From: Bugula neritina
Lineage: Eukaryota; Animalia; Bryozoa
Direction: 5' to 3'
Length of the DNA stretch: 64,000 nucleotides
Assembly: GCA_964035545.1 (NCBI GenBank)
Contig: OZ037767.1
Coordinates: forward strand, 24,630,628-24,694,627
Part shown: piece after piece, positions 45,451 through 58,100 of the stretch
How positions within the stretch are numbered: the stretch's first letter is position 1
Layout of the letters: every line of letters begins with the position of its first letter
Notes under the pieces: generated by a model
Told to the model about the DNA's origin: nothing
What the model saw: only the letters and a program-made list of their open reading frames with translations
Databases searched by the model: none
Position numbers and translations under genes: made by a program

Positions 45451-48400
45451 TCATCTAAAAGATTTGTCATCTGTACTTGAGCCAGGTTCGCTGTCAGATT
45501 CACTTTCAGAATCACTGCTGCTGCTGTCACTTCCAGAATCACTGCTGCTGTCACTTTCAGAATCACTGCTGCTAGTCTCATCTAAATTTGAAACAAAATA
45601 AAGTCAAGAAAAAAGTACAAGTTCAACTGTAGGATGTTCGAGTTGAAGAAGACAATTTAGTATGATTGTGTTAATCATTACAGATCAATAGCTACTGAAA
45701 GTATTGAGTGTTGGTGTTTTTCACCACTGAAGCCCTTATTTTGAGAACAACTGCCAACTCTCTTATAGGCAAGCTACTAGCAAATCCTTTGAAGAAAAAT
45801 CAAAGAATGCTAGAGCAGCGCATAGCAGGTCGTGACCAACTCAACTCATGAACCCGGCTATGAACTAGCATACAAACCAGTGCTTATCTTTTCTGAGTGG
45901 GAAGAACTTATTGAATCCCTCAATGAGAGAATTTTCATTTCACGGAGGAGCGAGACATCAGTGATGGCCTCTTTCTCAACAAAACTCTGTAAAACCATCA
46001 ACAGACATAAAAGTCACATCAACAAATAAAGATAATAGCAACCTTACCACTACATCTTGCTGCGTTTTTGTCAACTCAATCTAAGACCAAGTTTCCTTGT
46101 ACCTTCCCTTAACTAACTATCTATTGACAGTATATTCCATATTCACATATAGGATGGTTGCGTAGTATAATAGCTCATACAAAAAATAACTGAATAAATT
46201 TGACACTGATCAAAACAAACATCCTTTTATAATAAAGAGTCTGTAATACTGCTACTCATATTTTATCATTACCTGACATAAATTCACATTATTAAGGCTT
46301 CGTCTTACTTTATCTTTTTATACCCCACTATGAGTATTATTACTATAATATGATTGTCACATCACAACTTTGAGTTACTCAATGGTAAAAAAGTCAAGTC
46401 TCCTAATCAAATGACTTGTTACAAAAAACTCAGGTCACATTTAAGTAAATCTTAAAAAAGCAGTTATATTTTCAAAAATATATAGATAGGATCAGTTACA
46501 CGGAAAAAAATGCTAAATAAAATATTGAGAGTGGCTGAGATAAATATATATCATATTATTGGCAGCACAATGTTATACAACAAGCAAAGGGTTTTGGACC
46601 AAACCCACAGAATTGACTACACTCTCTTAAAGATGAGGAGAGTCTATCTCCTTTTATAGGAAAAATGCAACTATGAAATTCACTCTGGCTATCAAAAACT
46701 TAGAGTGGATTTATGTTGTGTTAAGACTAGTTTGTTATAACTGTTGTCAATCCAATGGATTAATTTGCAAGTCAATACCAGCAATATTCTATCAAATATT
46801 AAGGACATGGCAGACACTGGCAAATATTTACATAACATATGCAGGCATTTGACATTAATCAATTCATGGAAAGGGTGAGGAGTATTAGACAATAGCAGCT
46901 TAACCTATTATAAGAATAAAATCTCTATAATCCCACAATAACCACCAAAAAATCTCCATTGATAACTTCTTTCTTATGTCAAATGTTTGATGGGGAACTG
47001 TTAGTGTTAGCCAATAGGCTACGAGCATTAGATGCTTCAGATTGCAAATATAAGTAATATAAGAAAATTATTACGCAAACAAAAGGAATAATTTTTAATT
47101 TAAATAAAATGTAATTTTCAATTTATTATCAGTAAATCTACTTTTAAAGTAATGTTTGTGTGCAGTACTTTATGTATGTTGCTAAATAAAAGCACCGAGA
47201 TAATCATATATACTACAGTCTTGAACGCAATAAAGTGTAACATTATACACTTTTGATTCTTTTAAAAAAGTACATAATAGCACCTATAAACAGCCCAAGA
47301 CCTGCAAACTAATCTAATATAAATTCCGAAAGTCAAAATAAAATATTGTAGGAATTTGGAAGATGAATAGAAGTGTATGTATTCTAATCCCATGATCTGC
47401 TACAAGTTAATTACAGCTTCAAAAGGCATTACTGCATTGGGCAGACAGGATGAGAAAACTCCAAGTAAATAAATGGTCCAATCAACATGACCTAAATCCA
47501 GGTTTTTAAGGTAATAACACGTGCTAACCTGTATAAAGGATATCATTGCTTTGATAGAATTGGTCTCAGGTGGAGAAGATAACTCTAAGTCCCACACTAT
47601 AGAATACAACTTTATAACTTCTATACAATCATCTGGCCTAAAAGAGATTGACGGAGGATGCATAATAGAGACTGCAGAGGGTGCCATTGAGTTTTCAACA
47701 GAATACCAAAACGAAACAGTTCTAAAGCAAAAAAAAGCTATTCAACACTACATTAATCTTATATTACCAGAGCCAAATTGGTCATTGGCCAGCTTTGGTC
47801 GACTTGATAAAAACACAACTACTCTTTCAACTTTATGTAAAATGCTGGTGGTAAGCTGAAAGTGAATGGGATAAAGAAAAGTAACCAATAGAAGCTACAC
47901 AAGCAGGTCTGTACAACGTACAGTCCAGTAAGAGATTACTTTAGTATTCTTGTTATTTAGAAATTTATATTAAGACATCACACTACGACTTTAGAACTGC
48001 TAAAATACAAAAGAGATCAGACTGAGTCGATTGAATTTACTGCAGTTTAACCGTTCATGGCCCATGTGCCACTACTAGCTACAAAGCAATAATATTAGTA
48101 TTTTTTCATAGTCAATTATTTTAGCCTTCAAACTAATTATTATAAAACATGCAAACAAATTTATGAATATGCGGCTAAATTGAAGCCTGGGTTTTAGAAC
48201 TAAAGAAATTCGAAGAAGTTAAACCGTTGAAAAATTGTTTAGAAGATAGGATCTATTTCCTCAAACTATATAATAGCAATCCATAGTAATTTATATTTGT
48301 GCAACTTTATTGAGAACCAAGTTTTACAGTTTTTTTCTGCAGATTTGAACAATCAGCTAATGGCTAAAGTTATTCCAAATTGTAGAAAATCCGAGGGTTC

Positions 48401-51400
48401 AGTCACTCAACAAGGTTTAATGAAACTACATAAAACTAACTTTATAATAATGTGTCGCATTGCTAGAAATTTTTTACCTTTAATTGTCATGTTTCATTAT
48501 ATTCACTAAGTTGCTAGCAACAATGTCAGCCGTGGATATAGAACAATATTGAACTAGTTATTAAAAAAAAACCCATTTTTCCCATTCCAGATTCTAATCT
48601 CATCACTTAATTAATCTAAACGTTTTGAAAACTAGCAAAGTGCATAGTTTTTGTATAAAATAAAATAATTATTACCGGTTTTGGTGCAACAAATGCTTCA
48701 ACAAATTTGTAACTCTTTTCTGCAAGACAAAGTAGAAAACCATTGGCCCATAATGCCTAGTAGAGAGAAGAGCATGGTACGTTTCCCTGGCCTCACAATC
48801 TTCATATACTTGATGAGTAATCTGTAAGGCAATCAATACCAACTTGCTGCTATTCCTAACACTTATTACTCTGTATATATTTATATAATTGTATTTTAGA
48901 ATGTTATAAGTTATTATTGCTTAATATAAAACAAACTACTTTTGAATGATGTAAGTTGTGTTTGAATTGTTCACAACTGCAATAGCATGGCTGTAGTGGG
49001 ATTTGAGCATTTACTGACTAGGTTGCCTATAAAATGAGCCATGTTGCCTATAAATGCAGTGTGATAATACTTTATAAATTTATAAAAACTTTCTTAATTT
49101 CAATTAAATCTGTGTATTAGTCAATTAAGTAAAATAATACTACTGCTGATACATCATGCAAGTTCCAAAGTATGCTACCAGTAGCAATTTCATGAACACA
49201 AACCACAAGAATAAAAATGTAATAAACAGTTGACTGCAACCCAATACGCAAACGATTAAAAAATTTCAAATTATTACTGAAGATTACGCACTGATTTGGA
49301 GTTACTCATCCAGTGTGACTGAGTGGCAGCCTCAAGTCGAAAACAGCATAGAGTAAATGCGTGCATGTGCTACATGTAAGGCTACATATAGACATATAAA
49401 CAGTAGATTGGACATACTAACCTTAATAAAATCAGGATGATCTGGTTCGTACTGGCAACATGCACTATCTAATAAATATTTGTATCTTTTTTCCTTGATT
49501 AGATTCTACAAGTATAGTCATGGATGAATTTAGAATCTGGTAAATTTAAATACATTTGAAGAGATAAAGATTCCAGTATTTCAACTCTATATATATATAC
49601 CAGAGAGCTGATAGTATGACTCACCTCTATATATACACTACAGAGCTGATAGCATGACTCATCTCTATATATACACCACAGAGCTGATAGTACGACTCAC
49701 CTCTATATATACACTACAGAGCTGATAGCATGACTCATCTCTATATATACACCACAGAGCTGATAGTACGACTCACCTCTATATATACACTACAGAGCTG
49801 ATAGCATGACTCAACTCTATATATACACCACAGAGCTGACAGTATGACTCATCTCTATATATACACACCACAGAGAAGACAGTATGACTCACCTCTAGAA
49901 AAATACCACTGAACATAGGTGCTGGTTTGACTCGTCTACCGCTCCTCGGGTAGTAAACCTGCAGCACCCTGTCTCGTACGTCCCAAGGAGCTGACATTAG
50001 CGCTCCGTCAGGGGTTCGTACTACCATTACACGCTCCTACATCATGTCATTAAAATATTCTAGCAATAGCTTACAGTGTTACAGTCTAAGAATTTACTGC
50101 TGAGCAGTTAAAAAGAGCATACAAATTCAAGCGCAGTAAAAACAACACCAACGTGTGTGACTAACTCAACTGAACAAGCTATGACCAAGGTGAAGAACTT
50201 TAAAAAAATATTAGAGATTTATAAAACAGTAAATAAAACTTATTTAGTTCAATTTCAAATCCCAAGGAACTTATAATTTATTGGACTCGTACGCACCAAC
50301 TAGCATATTTTCAACTTTGCTAGCTTTAACCAGTTAGCAATGACAATGTCTAAGTAATATAAATATGTATTTAGGGAGGAGAACCCTTTATAACTACGAG
50401 TTGACTTCAGCAGATTAACAAGTTTTATGGGAAGAAAACTACAAATTGCAAATGAATGGCATACATTACTTAACTCGAAGGGACATTATAGCTCTAACTA
50501 AAATTATATAATTATTATATAGCTCAAGCTCAGGGCTAGCTAATGCACTTATAAGTATTTTGTTCCAAGTCATTCTTGTAAAAATATCTGGTAAACATCT
50601 ATATAATACAATTCTACAATTATTAGTTTGACATATATAAAGTATAAAACCAACTCTCTCGGGAAGACCAAGGGTGGTGTCAGTGAACACAATGGAGCTG
50701 GTGCTGAGCCCAGACAGCTGGCTGTCGACAGCCATTACTTTCTCACACTCCTTTCGTGGAGGCAGCACTGGGGGCATCTGGGAAAGTTGCTCAGCTCTTT
50801 CTACAGCCGCCTTCTCTGCCTATATAATAAAAACTTTTATCTGACCATATCTGTTACAAAATATGACTTCTACTATTGCATAATAGTTAATCTACAGTGA
50901 GCAATATTATGACTTTCATTAGAGATTAACTGTACAAAATATAAAGGAATTAATTTTGCATTTTTAAAACTAGTTGCCTAAATTATATCTTACATATTCT
51001 CTATTCCTGAAACTTTAGAATAAATGACAAAATGGCAGTAGTTCAATAAAATGTTATGATTTAACATGCCCGTACTACTACATAAAAATGCACTAAATGC
51101 TATCTTAAATGTAGCATACTTTCACATACATATAGTAATACAACATATAACAATAGATTTGATATCATGTCCTTACCTGAATCAACTGCTCTTTAGTCAT
51201 TAGAGTAATCTCCCTTGTCTGCTTTAACTTGGTAAGATTTGGTAAAACTTTGTGTGGATCGATAGCAGTAAGTTTCTTCAGTATATCCTGAACGTCAGGT
51301 CTAACAAAGAGTTCATATTTATTCTCTGGTATTGAAGCAGTGGCTCCATTACTTGAGTTTACTGATGCAGCTAAAACAAAACAGATGTTACATCTTTAGA

Positions 51401-52148
51401 AATATGTAAATAAAGTCAACAAGCAAAATAATTTCACCAATACTGGCAAATAAAATAGGCAAAAAATAAATTCTAACACTTAGCAGCTTGATAATGTTAT
51501 TATCAAGCTAAAGCACTCAAATATGCAGAGGTTCTGTCCTTCATGTGTTAACCATGTTGTTGAATCAAGTATTTTGAAAGTATTATGAAAGACTAACCAA
51601 AGTAAATAAACTAGATGTAATTAACCTATTGCTTAATGTCATATACCTTATGGTTAAATACTTTCAAGGATGTAATAAAAACACAAAACATCATAAGTAA
51701 TTTTTTTTAAAAAGTATCGAATCCAGCTACACCACAGCTTGACACACCACCTAAGTTCTATTATGAGGCTTTTAATTAAAAACTAAAAAATGCAGCGTAT
51801 GCTCTCAATTATTACTTAACTAAAAACTTAGATGTAAAAATGGTATGTCACATATTTTTACCACTACAGAAATTTTTAAATGGCCAATAAAACACAAGCC
51901 AGGTCTACAAACACTCAAAAGAAAACCTACAACCTACAACTACAACTCTCACTATATGACGAACCTACTTGTTTTGAAATTGAAGTTTGTAAAGCAAATA
52001 ATGATAGCTAAAACCAACCTTGAGATGCTGCATGTACTAATCTATTTTGGCTATTGCATACAGCCCTGAGAACTAAATCACTGTGATTAATAATGAAAGA
52101 CTTCACTGAAGATGAGGGCAGAGTCCGTATTGTACATAATAGTCCCAT
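45451..52148 (-). CDS. MRPS22: Mitochondrial ribosomal protein S22 (mS22)
   Basis: Exons 52019-52148, 51177-51370, 50655-50819, 49893-50036, 49422-49505, 48676-48821, 47529-47637, (46048-46080), 45878-45986, 45451-45581. Motifs: VQDILKKLT, QMPPVLPPR, VFTDT, VVRTPDGALMSAPWDVRDRVLQVYYP, QYEPDHPDFI, LLSTRHYGPMVFY. Confidence 0.9.
49583..49897. repeat. ~38-bp minisatellite (~8 units, partly alternating variants) containing copies of the MRPS22 5' splice site
   Basis: Unit ctctatatatacac(t/c)acagagctgatag(ca/ta)(t/c)gactca(c/t); on the minus strand GAG|GTGAGT recurs. Confidence 0.93.
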
Positions 52149-53789
52149 GCTGTTGATGTTCTGTAAATTAAGAATAAAACATGTCTGATGTTTCATTGAA
52201 ATAAAACAGGCTCCTCTTTAATTTATAAAAAAGAATAGTAATAAACTTCAAAAAATATTGCAAGTAATACATTGCTGTAACTGCAAGTACACAGATGCTA
52301 GCATAGTCAGTTGACTAATCTACAAAGTCACTTTTAACACTTTAATGTTTAATCAACAAAGTCTAATTATGATGATATAATTAGACCAGGGACAAAATTT
52401 TCAAGGTAGACTAAATTGAACAAGTAGTGAATGAACTAGTTAGTATCTATTACTAAACAACCGAAAAATTTGGGACTCTCACTCAAAATTAGTAGCCAAT
52501 TACTAGCAGTTACACCAATATCAATACGTCTTTAACATGAACGAACAATATAACTGAGAAACTAAAAAGAAATTAAAATTTATTATATTATTATAATTGC
52601 AATTACAATTGTCAAGATTACAATTGTTGTCACTATTTATATTGGATTTTGTGCCCGCGTCTGTTTAGAGAAAAAGTCAGTAGAAATAGTCAAACAATAA
52701 TAGTAAAAGTAAAGACTCAAGTCTAATTATCAAGTGCCCTGACAATACCTGTGACTTTTTACATTCATCATCACTCTCATTACGATCATCAATATCAAGC
52801 ATGAACATGATCACTGAAGAACTACGATTACTAGTACTACTAGACTCTAGAGGAAGATTAAAGAGATTTCAAGAGTTACACTTACAGTAATTAGACTTTA
52901 AATTAATTTATATTATAACACTTCTATTGATACTAAAAGTGATAGTAATAATTATTGAAGATAATCGCCAAAAGATAAAAAGTGAAAAACTAAGTGCTAA
53001 AGATTTTTTTTGATCTCATATTTATGTTATCATTATTTATTATTAAATTTAATAATTTTTAATTATTATTGCCATAATTTTGTCAATTTGTATCACTATC
53101 ACTGTCAGTAACAGTATGTATAATACTAATAGGCCTAATAATTATATTATTACAAATTTATTAATTATCAAATAATTTAAATTAATTATTAATATTTATA
53201 TTAAGTTATATATCATTATATTACTTTTAATATGATTATATGCATAATCATAATGATAAATGATTATCATATTGAATGTTGATATTAATTTTTATCCTTA
53301 ATGAATATGAATATCATTATCATTATGAAATTAAATATCAGTAACTATAAGAAATAAATCGTGAATAACAAATGTCAATTACAATGTGAATATGAATATC
53401 AGTTTGAGAATATCAAGATCAATACCAACTGCCCAATGGTAATAGACAATAGTAATACCATTAGTATTACGGTTCTCACGTTCGACAACTTTTAGTTTTA
53501 ATTTGAACAACAACAAGTCAACATACTGATAGTGATACTCAGTCTCATAGTCATAATGAGAATGATTATCATAATCATAATGATAATCATGCTGATATTG
53601 AGTTTGATAATCATAACCATGCTGATAGTAATATTGATAATCATAGTGTTAGTCAATCACAATGGCATATTCATATTGATATTGATTAATTGATGATCAT
53701 TAACTGTAAGTGTATTGATATTGATATTGCTTGAGCCTTGAATAAACTTGAATATGACTAGCTCTAAGATAATCAGCAAAAATTACTTT

Positions 53790-54075
53790 GACTAAATCTG
53801 CTCCTTTAAGGATTACGCCAGAGGTTAAAGTAAAGAACTTGTTTTCAAATAGTGAAAAAAGTCAAATGCAAGAAATTTGAAAAATATCTCCAACTCCAAC
53901 TGTCTACAAATAAAAATGCCCAATGTTAACATTGACATAGTTGCATCTACATTGTATAATTAGGAGTATTGAGAAGTGATTTCACCAAATGGTAATCAAT
54001 TAGGTGTAGCCTTTCGCAGTAATAGCTTTAGTTCACAGGCTATATTTATTTTGTTTCCGGTTACCATACACGTGA
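53790..54075. promoter_or_regulatory. Probable bidirectional promoter of MRPS22 (-) and PUS7 (+)
   Basis: Head-to-head genes; a normal-complexity island between two low-complexity blocks; TTCCGGT at 54055-54061 followed by a candidate 5'UTR donor GTGAGT at 54072. Confidence 0.5.
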
Positions 54076-55178
54076 GTTGGTAAACATTAAAATTTAGTAA
54101 CACTAACAATACTAATAGTAATACAGTAATACTAATAGTAATAGTATTACTATTAGTAATAGAACCGTTCTATTCAAGTTTTGACAGCTTTATGCCTGAT
54201 AATAGATTTTAAAGCTTAGTTGGGAGACTTTAAACTTTATTTTGATATGCTTTGCAGATTAAAAAACAAAATAAAACTGAAACATTAAACTTAAAGTTAA
54301 ACATTACTTCTCTGTTCTCAAGCTGAAGTATAACATTAACTATATCAATATGACTATGAGTATAAGATTAAGTTTAAGTTATACTTACAACTGTTATAAC
54401 TATAAGTATAACTGTAAGTATAAGTATAACTATAAGACTAACTCTAAGTATAACTATTACTATTAGTATTAGTGTTAGTATTACTATTAGTATAAGTATT
54501 AGTATTAGTATTACATTTACTACTATTACTAATAGTAATACTAATAATAATAGTAATACTAATACTAATAGTAATAGTACTTATGATTATACTTATAGTA
54601 ATAGTAATACTAAAAGTATTACTATTAGTATTACTATTACTATAATCATAAGTATAACTATAACTCTGAGTATAACTATAAGTATTACTATTACTATTAG
54701 TATTAGTATTACAGTGAGCATTACTATTACTAGTGAGTATTACTATTAGTATTACTATTAGTATTAATCTCATAATCATACTGATGGTGATAGTGATCTT
54801 ATTCTAATTCTTACAGTGACAGTTACACACCATAATGATAATAATAATTAAAGTAAGTTAACAATTTTGAAGGAAAAGGTTTTTATAATTGGCATTGTAA
54901 ATGTTATTTCTGGCTATTACTATTAGTATTACTATTAGTAAGTATTAGTATTACTGCTCTACTAATAAATTAGAAAATAAACATTCTTTTTCTGTATGCT
55001 GCAATGAATTTTTTTCCTCTGAAATGTATCTATTATTCACATATGTAAGCATGCTTCAACATTCTTTATAATGAATATATATTATACTATTATATATATT
55101 ATACTTTATACTGAATATATATTGTTAAATATAATTTGTAGTGACTATTAGTGTTAAGTTTATATCGATTTGCTAAAG

Positions 55179-58100
55179 ATGGATGACACACAGGAACCAC
55201 AAGCCAAAAAACTGAAGCTAGAAGACACAACTTTGGTCGGTAGCTATTGGATTATTGTCTCCAAGACTGACCCAATCTAAATTTCAATATTACTGTTTTT
55301 TTATTTTTTGTAATGAGTGTTGAAAAATCAAATCAATTACATAATTGAATGATTACATGTGTTGTTATTATTATCACTATGGCTAAAAGTTAGTTCCTTT
55401 TGGCTTCAAAAATGCTTTTTAGTGAGTCATTATAGTTTGTCATAAATATCATAATTTTCTTGTAGAAACCTGAATGCGATCGTGGGTTGCCATTAATTGA
55501 GTCTGATGTTGGAATTAAGTGCTACGTTACTTCCGGATTCACCCCCATACCAGGTTCATCTTTATAATATAAACGTGAACATAGATAGTTTATAGATCAT
55601 ATAACTGCCATATTATTTTATCTATCCTTGGTAAAATTTGTTTTTGTATCTTCTTTCTAGAGTTGAAAAATTCTTTCCTAACTATGAACATTAAGTTGCA
55701 TTATTCAACATTCCAAGTTTGAATATAGCGTTTTGATAACTTTTCACCTCATGAATACCTGGAACTTTTTTGTAAAAAAATCCAAACAATTTTGCATGTA
55801 AAATTCAAAGTTTTTATCACTTCAAATACTAAGTTAAAAATTGGAACAATTTAAACTGACAAAATATTTGGAAATTGCACTGAGTTGCATCTGCTTAAAT
55901 TTTATAAGGTATAGCAGGTTTTATTCACTTCTGTAGGAATAGTGAAACAGAGGTTCTCTGATTTTATTGTCAATGAGATGGATATGGCTGGGAAGATTGT
56001 CCAACTCACAAATACTGAAGTAGAAGGTGTCCCTGCAGCTAATGGTACCCTTCCTTCAACTAAACAATCTACTTGCAGTGCAACCAATAATGTACCAACT
56101 GAATCCAATAAAGTTAATGACAATGGCAATACAGTACCTACTGCAGTAACTAACAGTTCTACTGTAGTCACTGATGGTTCTACTCCAATAACTGACAGTT
56201 CTGGTACAGTTGATATCAATTCTGATGTTGCAACTAAAAGTCTCAGTTCAGTAGCTGGGACCCATGAAGTAGGAGCCGGTAACTCTGGTGCAGAACTTGC
56301 CGACTCTAGTAGTATAACTGGTAACTCTAGCCTAGTAAATAGTGGTAAAAGTATAACTGAAGACCGCAGAACAGTAACTGGGAGTTCAAAAGCTTCAACT
56401 GGAGAGAGTGAGAAGGTAGCCAACACTCCAGTTGTAAATGAAAATAATAGCACTTCAACTGCCAGCACCAGCTCTGCTAGTAATAGCAACTCTTCAAATT
56501 CTCAAAGTACTATTCTAGAAAATTCTAGTCGATCCGAGAGCTGTCTGACCATGGATGCTGGGCATGTCAATTGCCCTATACCGGCAAATATTCTTGTGAG
56601 TCTATTAAAGATTTTAACTAATTTTTATAATTCTATTGATTAATTTAAAGGGTAAAAAGTTTTTTGTGACTGAAGTAATCACTCGAACATCATGCATTTA
56701 TATATGAAAATAGTAGTAATAAGTATAATATAATTATTTAAAAAGTACTAATGTTTTCTTAGATTCATGTCCCTAAGGCTAAATACCTTTCTCTAAACTC
56801 TAACATCATTTCATATTAGAATGAGCTGAAAGAAATTAAGAAGAAAAAGTCTGTAAAGATGGAAGCTCCACAAGAGAAAGATGCCCGGAAGAAGATTCAT
56901 TATTACATACAGGTGCGAGTGTACTGGGCACTAACATCTCTCGAGTTCATGGTGGAGAACTCGCTGACCAACTTTATTTTTCAAACAGCATTGTTTGGTT
57001 TAAAACTTGAAACATAAAAACCAAGTTTTTAGGTAATTGTGTGATAATAAATATGAAGATGATTTTCGGCTCAGCACAAAGCAATATAAACTAATGATAA
57101 AATGCTCTATAATTAAGTGAATGTAAATTAGCTAAAATGACAAACTTTCCTAAAATTCATCTCATCTCTCTTTAAGTTTTATATCAAACAGAAACTTTCA
57201 AAACATTTTTAAAAAAGTTTTCAACAGTTTAGCTTAAATGTTGTTGATATGAGGTAATTTTCACATTTAATGCTGTTGGCAAAACTATGCTCGGGCTGTT
57301 CTTTATTAAACAATACAAAGTGGTTGTAGTAGGTAGCTACATGTATAATAGTGGCAATGATAACAGCAGCAGTTTTAAAAATCATTCATTATTAGTAGTG
57401 GAGGCAGCAGTGGTAGTAGACAGCAGTGCACTCTATTGATGCATCTCGTGTTCCAGGCTCAGTTTCCCAACATATGCAGCAACTGTATCACAGATAATGG
57501 AGTCAAGTATCTGGAGTTTAGCCTCCAGTCCGATAAAAGTAGCTCTGATCCTAGGAACAGAGGGGAAGGCTGGCCCAAAGACAGGCCCGCTCATCTTCAT
57601 TTCATACTGTATAAGGAGTTTAAGGTAGCCTTGTTCTTAAAAATACATGACATTGCTGGTTTTTTTTAAATGAAAGAAGTTTATATTCTAGTACCTAGTA
57701 GTTGATTCAATGTGCACATAGCTTAGTTTTTGGGCCCACGTCAACACTGTTTTCTTGTTTTGGATGTAGTATAAAAATGTTAACATAGTTGCACTGGCTG
57801 TTTGGTCAATGCCTTTGAAATAATTTCAGTCTGATTTAATGGCTGAAACTGGCTAGCATTTCAGAATCATATTATTTGCTGCATGTTTAACAGGACACAA
57901 TGGAGGCTTTAGACATAATATCCAAGTACAGTGGCATTAAACCTCAGCACTTCAACTATGCTGGCACCAAGGATCGCCGGGCTAAAACTAGTCAGCGTAT
58001 TAGTGCTCATAAAGTGAAAGCTGAGAAGCTACAAGCCATCAACTCTAAACTTCGCGGTATAGCCATGGGAAACTTTCAGTACTCCAATGCAAGTTTGTTA

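Noticed and set aside
47521-47859. 112-aa plus-strand ORF
   Set aside because: Antisense to an MRPS22 exon and intron; no recognisable motif.
54444-54779. 111-aa Asn/Thr/Ile/Ser ORF with a signal-peptide-like start
   Set aside because: By-product of the period-3 low-complexity island.
55902-56489. 195-aa hydrophobic minus-strand ORF
   Set aside because: Antisense shadow of the PUS7 Ser/Thr-rich exon.
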